Origin: Chrysomallon squamiferum
Lineage: Eukaryota > Animalia > Mollusca
Assembly: GCA_012295275.1 (NCBI GenBank)
Contig: CM022671.1
Location: 14,694,001-14,758,000 of the forward strand
Length of the DNA: 64,000 nucleotides
Direction of reading: 5' to 3'
In this document: positions 54,937-64,000 of the stretch, in pieces
Position numbering within the stretch: position 1 is the stretch's first letter
How the letters are laid out: every line of letters begins with the position of its first letter
The notes under the pieces: model-generated
Told to the model about the DNA's origin: nothing
Database searches by the model: none
Seen by the model: only the letters and a program-made list of their open reading frames with translations
Made by a program: the position numbers and the translations under genes

Positions 54937-57900
54937 GCACACAAGCACACAAACAAACACACTGGTGGGTTAAAGAAATAACACATTTAAGACTGATCAT
55001 TTGACAATAGTTTACACATTTAAAAATTTAATAAATTATTTTTGAATAAGATGTATGCATATTTTTTTATATTCACTGGTTATATTTGATTGCATCAGTT
55101 TTCTGTCTTCTTAATAAAGTGTCAAAACTAATCAAAAACATGTCAGTGAAGAATAAAAGACATCTAGAAGGTGAATATTTTAAAATGGTACCTGATACGC
55201 ATCATCCCCTTTCACAGTGAGATATTTCTTATCGCGGAAATAGGTTCTGGCTTTCAGAATGTACAGTACAAATATATCACAAATAATAGTGGCCTAAAAA
55301 AAGAGAAAGAACTAATTTCATCTGTTGAAATGAAGATGTAACTACACAAAATAAATATGTATATATTTTTTAATACGCTTATATATTATGTTTTAATTAT
55401 TGTTATTTGAGCTTAAAAAAATATATAGTTTATTTCATATAGTTAATGTTTCAAAAGAATACCAACTTATTTATTACAACTGTTATATACTCCAGTAAAT
55501 GAAAGTAAAAATAGAATTTATTTCAAGAGTAAACAAAAAAAGGGGGACATGCATATTTCTTTTACAAATATTTTTGTTTGAATTTTTTAAGAAATTCATT
55601 AATTTTTTAAGAAATTCATTACTGGCAATGGAAAGCAATGCTAAACAATATTCTATGTTTAGTATAACTGTTACTAGTACTTCCTATCTTTATTATCAGT
55701 GTTACTAGTATTTGTTATGTTTAGTGTAAATGTCACTAGTACTTACAATGGAGAGCAATGCTAAACCGCTTCCTATATTTAGCATAAGTGGAACTGGATC
55801 AAACTTGCCAGCACGTCCTTGCACAGTGACAATAAAACGAATCCCATACGCCTTTATCAGAGTTCTTTTAAACTTTCCATTGTCCTTATAATGATATGCA
55901 TATCTTTAAAAATAAATAGAAAAAATCCCAGATAACAAATAAGAACTAAGAAATTAGTGTAAAATTAAACTGAACATTCAATTTTATTTTCTGAACCACA
56001 CACACACACCCACACACACACACACAGACACACACATACGCACACATACATATATATACATACATACATGTTCCTGTCAACAAGATTAGAATCAGTTCCT
56101 CATTTATGGAGTGAATTCTTGTCACTGCTAAATAAACTACTTGTCTGAGATAATTAATAATTACTGATGTACACAGTTTAACACTGCATGTTAACTATCT
56201 GCTCACCTGAAATTAAAGCCTTTAGACACTTTGTAATCATTACTGTCTAAACGTCTGAACTCGTAGGAAGGCACACAGTTTTCAACATCATAATCAAGAT
56301 TACAGTCCCAGTGTATTAGTATCTGCACAACTGCACCCTAAAAATAAATAAATAAACAAATGGAGAGTCCTCAAACAGTAATTTATTAAAAACATTAATA
56401 ATCTGTTAAAAAAAGGTATTCACACTCCTATTAACATAATCAACATTAAAAACAAAGAACGATATTGTTAACGTTTAGTAATAGCACAGAAATACATTTC
56501 ACTTTTCATTTCTCAAAACCAGAAAATAGGTAAAAAAAAAAAAAAAAAAAATAATGGTGAGTAATTTGAGATGTATTGGACAGGTGGTATTTGTTTCCGA
56601 AACTGAAAAGTATTTTGCTGAGGAATGTCTAAATATACATTTTGTGAATTAAGGCCAGTATTATATCTGTATATCTATCTGTATATGTATATAAAAAATT
56701 ACATACACAGATATATACACACATGCACAACACACGATGAACAGCACTTTGGTTAAAGCAAGGAAAATATTAATTATATGTCATATGTTAAGAATATTAC
56801 TAAAATTAATTAATTACTGCCACTTTCAAAGTGAACATCGTCTACAGTTATCACTAAATCAGAGAATCACAGTCATTAACAATGCAATAATATGAAAACT
56901 GTGGCAGGCAATCTAAAATTTAAAACTAGGTTAGATAAATAAATAGGTAAAATGATGATTAATTTCTGGTAATATATTAGTCAATTACATATAAAAAACT
57001 TGAAATTTGTTTTTGAAAATTATGACAAACAAAATGTTTCTAGATTAGAGAAAGAACATGATTAATTTTTTCCTCTTAATCAATATAAATTGCTCATAAG
57101 TGATTTTTGGAATAAAGTATATATTTATATCAGCTATATAAAACAGATGGTACACTATAATCACATATTTACACATGCAATTTACAAAATTGAGAAAAAC
57201 AACAACAAAATTAAATTATTATAGATTTTATATTGCTGGGGTTTTTTTAAATATGAAAGAACAATGAATTAATCTATGCCAAAATAAATGTTGCTTTAAT
57301 GAAATCAAAGACTGATAACGTTTTTGCTGTAAATTAACTAAAATACCTGTTTAGAATTTTATTACTGATTTGTGCAGACATGAAAAGATCTTTATTAGTC
57401 ATTACATATAACTGATAGCTGATGATATATGTATGTATAAGTTATATATGTATATACACACAAATACACACACACACGTCTGTGTGTATGTATGTGTGCG
57501 TTCATAAGTATAATCAATATAATAATATGCAATAATCAGTATAAAACAAATCTACTTCAGACAGGAGATTAATTTATTTTTTATATGTTTCAGATAGAAA
57601 AATGTGAATTATTTTTTCTTTTTGTCCATGTTATAAATAAACATTTTTAATTGTTAACATTAACAAAGATTACAACAAATTGTGCTTCAACTGAAAAAGC
57701 TTCAAAAGAAAATAGTCAATAAACAAATAAACAAGACTAACATTGATACACAATGAAATGAAATTTACCGATATTGCCAGACTATCGTAGTTTTGTCCAG
57801 CATATTTGGCTATCTCAACAAGTTTGAAAATTGGACAAAATTTATTTAGAGGATCAGTAGGAGAATATCTGCAATTGGCCAATTGTTTGTCATCTTTGAA

Positions 57901-58094
57901 GCCCAAAATGTTCCTCCTGCAAAATTCAATTTGTGGCTTTTAAAGTTTTGTTATTGCACTACTTTGAATAGTCTGAGTTTCACCTGATCCTTATCTCTTT
58001 TAACAGTCTTAAAATGTTTTAAACTACTTTTTTTTTTTTTTTTAAAGCACCATTTGTTGTATATGGGATAAAGGACATATTTAAATTAAATTTC

Positions 58095-58152
<58 letters not shown>

Positions 58153-58168
58153 TAATAGTTCTACAGTT

Positions 58169-58222
<54 letters not shown>

Positions 58223-61200
58223 TCTTTTTAAGTTTTGTCTTAATGCTTAAAGTTATTTTTTGAGTTCTTTTGTTTCTGAAATATAGAATTTTATTCAGTT
58301 ATTTAAATTAGTATCTTATTAAGAAAATTTTGTAACATTAAACTCATATCTAATCTCACATATTTAATTTTTTGTATGATATTTAACATGTAAATCAAAT
58401 TTACTTTATTCACAGATTTTTTAATAGAGCATGAAGGACTTAGTACATATTTTTTAAAATTCAATAAATTAAAACTGTTTTTTTAAAAATCAGTATAAAT
58501 TAAAACTTAAATCCAGTAAAGGAACATGAATATGTCTGCAAAATTTATTGAAAAACTGATTAACTCATTAACTGTGCAGTGCATTGACAAGAATCAAGTG
58601 AAATTCAGATCTGGTTGTTAGTATAAAACTAAACATATACAAGTACACAGACCAACAACTGTCCATATGAACTCTTAGGTGTTTGCACCATTAAAATGAT
58701 CCATTTCTCAAAATGGTTATCTTTATTAAGATACCCTCAATAACATTCCAAAACCAGTTTTAATGTTTATAATTACACAACTCTTTATTTTTATTTTATT
58801 TTTTGGATAAATAAAAAAGAATTTCTTGAACATCACTTTGACTCATGGAACTATTTCCATGATCATTGGCCAAACAACATTTTACTAGAGAAAAATAGAT
58901 GTAATTAATCACTGAATCTTTAATGGTGCTTTAATGGTTCAATGGACAAATTTTGACCCTCTTTTGAAAACTGTGTTTGTTTATTACTATAACCTTTTGA
59001 ACAAGAAAACGTGAGCAGTGCTGTTATGGGACTAGCATTATACTGATTAGCAGATGATACCTGTCGAGCAATTTCAGTGAAGTCCCCAGCTACGGCATCA
59101 ATGATTTGCTTAATGCGAAATATGGGGCAGTACTGATTGTCTTCACTTTTAGGATCAAAATTACAGTTCTTCAGATAGGTGTCATTCATGAATTCCAAAA
59201 GATTCCTCCTGTTTCAAAATCATGCATGCATGTAGTGACTCTTCTTCTCAAATCAAATATTTGTTTAATATATTATCTCAAAAGATTAATGTACATTTCA
59301 TATTATTTCAGGATATATAAAGTCTAAAATTAATTTTCATTGGGTTAATGATACATTTACATTTATAGTTCAGTACAGTAAAGTGTACAGTATAAATTAC
59401 TTTAAAAACATTCAGTTACAGGCTTTAATAAAACAAAATTCAGAGAAAATTAATTATTAAATTGAGTGGATGGAAAAGTCAGTTCAGAAAGTTTTATTCT
59501 TTATCCAAAATATATAATCAGATAATGAAATAAGTTATAGGATGTAATGCAATCTAGAAAGTTTCAGTTTATTTGTAGACTAGATAATGTGATTATTAAG
59601 TTTGTTATAGTGGGGAAGTCAGAGCAAAACAATCAGATTTACCAGATGACAGTTGAAAGACAAATAATGAATCAATATATCAGTATATTTTTAAATTAAG
59701 CAACTGAACTTTTATCATGTAAATAAATTCTTATATTATTAATTTAATATATTAATCAATTTTTCTAGACAATAATAATAATTAAAAACAACCAACATAT
59801 TCCTCTTTTTTTTCTTATTAATCTTTTTTTTTTTTTTTTTTTTGTGGTTGTATTGTTGTTTTGGAGCTTTTTCCTGTTTTATTTTAAATAAAAATTGACA
59901 ATGTTATCAAAGTGTCTTCTTTAGTCCAAAAATTATTACATTTTTAACTTTTTCCATGAACAAAGTCAATAATAAATATTACAAAAATAGTAAGTATTGT
60001 TCTAGCCTGGCAAATCTTGCTCTGTAAATAATTCTTCTTATTCTGCCTTTGTGTTAGGCTTTTCATGAATAATTTGTTACAATAAACTGATTGTGCTGTG
60101 GCACCTACTTCAGCAATCACTGCTCATAATTTAAAGGATTCTCAATTCAGCTGTAAATTATGCTGAGATGTAATTTTGTGAAGAAACTAAATAATCACAT
60201 TCTGTGTGAAGTGTCTTGTTTTTCACACTGACAGACACACAACCAATCAGTCAGATTCAGAAATGTCTTCAAAAAATGAATCAATCTAAAAATATTAACA
60301 CTGAAGAGAAAATTATTTGTCATCTCATGGAATACTTTACTAAATCATGGCTATCTAATTTGAATTTGGGTCAGCCCATTTTGTACAATTTTTCTCCACA
60401 CCCACATAGATAAACATGAGAAAAACAATTAAATGTGGATGTAACATTTTATATGTCATTAATCATATTACATTACACTGTCTCACAATCAGCAACTTAC
60501 CTTTTCACTCCAAATTTTGGAAATTCTATATTATTTTTAATGAAAACAGTAAAATTCTTTGATGCAATGAGAGCAGGCACACTGGGTCTAGAACAAAAAA
60601 GAAATTGTTTAGCAATTTACATTGTACATAGTAATATGATAAAGAGTATTAGTTATATTAAGTCACAACATTCAGTTCAGTGACATCATTATATTACTAC
60701 TAAATACAAAAGGCCAAAATATATTTTTATTAAACATGTAAATTTATACATTAACAAACTGATAAAATAATTATGAATATCCAAGATAACAATATGGTGT
60801 ATGTGTGTGTGTTCTATGCATGTATGTGTGTTGTGGTTATATTTTGTTTGTGTGTGATATTGTGTATCTGTGTGTGTATATGTGTTTCTGAGTATGTTTT
60901 TGTATCTTGAATGTGGCTGTGCAAATGTGTACGTGTGTTTTTGTATGGAATGGAAACTTACTTTTCATCCACCTCTACTGGGCACCAGGCGTGAATAGCA
61001 CAGACTTTAATACCTGTTTTTCGAGTCGAAGGTATACAGCTGCCGTTCATTATACCTGGCAACACAATCATTGTAATTACTTTTACTTTTGTTTTGTTAC
61101 AGACGAGAAAAACTGAAATTGTTTTTGTAAATCCTACAAAGAGTTAAATACCAGTCAATAAGAAGTATTATTAAAATGAACGATTATTTTTGAATATGTT

Positions 61201-61855
61201 TCAAAATTTTATTCAATTTTTATTCAAATTATATTAAAAATGTTTCAAATTATTACTGAATGATTCATGTTATTGCTGAATGTTTTCAAATTATTACTGA
61301 AGATGATTGAAATATTTATCATAAATGTTTAAAATTATTAATGAATGTGTTTCAAATTATTATCGAATGCTTCAAATTATTAATGAAAATATTCCAAAGT
61401 AATAATGAATGTTTCCAAATTTTACTGTATGTTCATACTATTGCTGAATATGTATTGAATTATTAACAAATATTTTTCAAATTATTAATGAATAATTTAC
61501 CTATTAATGCCAAATATGTTTTAAATTATTAACAAATATGTTTCAAATTACTACTGAAAATAATTCAGATCAGATTACAGCATTAATCTAGGCAGATATG
61601 TGAAGTAACAACTTACCATTTCCCCCAGGTAAACTAAGTCCTTCTGTACAGTTACTGTCATTTTTACACACAGCACCAGTCACAGTGAAGTCCTGTTTGA
61701 CAAACATCTCACTTTAATAAACATATTTAATGGCGAAATATCCACTGTTTTCTTATCAGATGTTTATTTTTGCCAAAGATTTTATAGGAGTGATTAGATG
61801 TACGTTTATAGAAACAATATAAAAGACAAATTTTATGTCATAGTATGAATGCATA

Positions 61856-61908
<53 letters not shown>

Positions 61909-62252
61909 ATATATGTATGTATTTGTGTGTACGTGTGTGTGTTCTGTGAGTGTTATTATGTATATGGAAATGTGTACATCATCACATGTAGTATAAGACA
62001 GCATTTCATTGTATAAATATATGTGTTCACTATTTAATTAATGGGTTTAATTATTTATTTTATTGTTATTATTATAACTGTTTACATACTGCATGAAATT
62101 AAGTTCATTCATTAATTGTTTTACAAGATAAAATAGTAACACAGTTTTTAATTTAGCAGTGTTAAATGTAGCAAGTTTACCTCATCACAAGTACTCTGGA
62201 CTTGGTCTGGTGTGATTATCATATTTGTCATGACGAAAAAAGCATTGTTTTC
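51410..62252 (-). CDS. P2RX: P2X purinoceptor (ATP-gated cation channel, P2X4-like), 5'-partial; N-terminal/TM1 exons not found in window
   Basis: Exons 62252-62181 (ENNAFFVMTNMIITPDQVQSTCDE), 61692-61617, 61055-60962 (CAIHAWCPVE), 60587-60501 (NFTVFIKNNIEFPKF), 59208-59061 or 57916-57769 (CPIF), 56337-56207 (WDCNLD...GFNFR), 55903-55747 (RTLIKAYGIRF...GKF...NIGSGLALL), 55293-55192 (ATIICD...RDKKY), probable last exon 51439-51410 (TLDESGPQT*). Phases are compatible and the ten ectodomain cysteines are present. Confidence 0.95.
57769..57916 (-). CDS. P2RX: P2X mutually exclusive exon variant b (dorsal-fin region)
   Basis: 148 nt, cag|...|gtaaat, phase 2 to 0, encodes RNILGFKDDKQLANCRYSPTDPLNKFCPIFKLVEIAKYAGQNYDSLAIS. 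Confidence 0.9.
59061..59208 (-). CDS. P2RX: P2X mutually exclusive exon variant a (dorsal-fin region)
   Basis: 148 nt, cag|...|gtatca, phase 2 to 0, encodes RNLLEFMNDTYLKNCNFDPKSEDNQYCPIFRIKQIIDAVAGDFTEIARQ. Confidence 0.9.
61190..61560. repeat. Degenerate ~21-bp AT-rich tandem repeat (AATATGTTTCAAATTATTA(A/C)TG)
   Basis: Recurring TGTTTCAAATTATTA units in a P2X intron. Confidence 0.8.
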
Positions 62253-62440
62253 CTAAAACACAAAACAATTATTTATTCGGGATTTATTTAGACTATCTTC
62301 CATTATTATCAATAAACAAGGTTTTTAAATAAAGTATAATTATGTTTTCATGTCACTTGTATGACAACATTATCAGTCTTACAAAAAAGTCATTCACAAT
62401 ACTTAAATCATTTTTTTATACTTACAAATTATGTTTTGTT

Positions 62441-62966
62441 CGTTCCAGAACGCTGTTCGTAAACCGAAGCGATGTCAGACACACGAACTTTTATTTTTTG
62501 CAATTATTTCTTTCATAACCTTTACTGTGATACGTTTATACTTTCCACCAGCATTATCGCTTTCACTTTTTGTTTTCTTGGGCGCCATATTGGATAGGTT
62601 ATAATAAAAAATATATACACATAAAAGCAGCAACCCTTTAAAATATACAAGTGCACAATCTCAAAACCAAAACTGTTGAGCTGCAACTGCGATCGAAGAC
62701 AAAATGCCCTAATTCATGATATATATTTGCAATAGGACATGCCTATAATCCTTACTTTGACCTCGGTTTTGACATAAGCATCTATTTTTATCTTTACTGG
62801 ATGTTGACGTCAAAACCGACGTCAAAGGAAAGCGTGTCGTGGCGCGTCGCTGTAGTTCGTAACTGGGGACATTATTCGTAAACCGAGACAAAAATTGCCC
62901 AAGATCACGGTTCCTAATCCGATTTGTTCGTACTTCGAGGCGTTAGTAACCCGAGGTTTCACTGTA
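62441..62966. mobile_element. Duplicate of the pogo/Tigger-like element, right end retained
   Basis: Ends CCCGAGGTTTCACTG followed by TA, the near reverse complement of TA-CAGTGGAACCTC at 47224; body homologous to 47255-48225. Confidence 0.65.
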
Positions 62967-64000
62967 GACACACACACATAAAATTTAAATTTATCATGAT
63001 GAGTACCACCATTATTTATGATAACATGACGTTCAAGATGAATGAAACTGCTTTAAAAAATTTTCTAGTGTTGTCAGTAAAATTACAACTATCTCTCTGC
63101 ACCGTCTAAATAATGAAGTAACGACTCCAGTTGTGATATCATAACCAATTTTATTTTATTTTAAACTGTCATACTTTGTTGTGTGAAACTGACTCATCTA
63201 AAAGATCAAAACAATAATTTGAAAGTAAAACAAATTTTATTTTACCATTTAGTTTGTACTGCTGCCGGTACACTTTAACTAGTATTTTTCAATTAATTTT
63301 ACTTTAGTTAATAATGACTTTGAATATGCACATATTTGAGTGAAAAGAATCTTTCAAGGCAATTCTGAGTGGATTTATAAAATGTGGAATTTTTTATGTA
63401 ATGGGTAATAGTAAGAACTGTGTTAGTAAAATTTTAAAATGATGATGTGTTTAACAAAAACAATGAAATGCTGAAGATTTAATTATGAAAAATAAAAAGT
63501 TATTAAATATAATTAATTTTAAACAAGAAATATATCACAAACACTCAATCACTGAATCAGTCCACATTAAGTAACAAATCCATTGTTTTTTGCTGTGTTT
63601 GATTTTTGTTTAACTGCATGTTCAGCAGGAAACACTCCTTTAAGACATTCATGACCAGAGCCAAAGAGTTTCCTCTGTCAGAGACATCTCTTGTTTTATA
63701 CAGAAGAAAGATAGGAATAAAATTTACTTTTATTGTTTTCAGTCTTTGAAGAGAATTGTGAGGCATGTTTGTAAGTGAACTAGAGCTTTTAAATCAAATT
63801 CATAATTTAATACAAATCTCAACCTATCTGAACTGAAATTACAACACAAAGAAAAAAATTTCAATAACTAATTAAATATCAATTCTGGCAACTGATCTTT
63901 TCATTATTCATTGTCAAGTTGAAGACACATAACCAGGCCACAGTGATATGAAGAGTAATCAGTGACACCCTACTGACTGATATCAGAGTTTAAGATTTAA

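Overview
AT-rich, microsatellite-dense animal genomic DNA with spliceosomal introns; plausibly a mollusc or other lophotrochozoan (inference from composition and gene content). Four spliced genes can be rebuilt by hand: (1) an SLC43A3-like MFS transporter (+, 5229-11344, 9 coding exons, about 610 aa); (2) a protein phosphatase 1 catalytic subunit (-, 20985-16100, 7 exons, 328 aa, one GC-AG intron); (3) a head-to-head ankyrin-repeat gene (+, 22336-35090) with a 1-nt frame discontinuity and a 37-nt stop-containing cassette exon; (4) a P2X receptor (-, 62252 to about 51410, first exons apparently beyond the window end). The P2X gene carries two tandem 148-nt, about 33%-identical exons for the same dorsal-fin segment, the signature of mutually exclusive splicing. 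A decayed tandem duplicate of P2X lies at about 39.0-48.4 kb and hosts a 2.4-kb 30-bp minisatellite that appears derived from the P2X TM2 exon. Other notable signals are a stem predicted to sequester the PP1 start codon and an inverted templated insertion. All gene models come from manual reading of splice sites and phases, without expression data.
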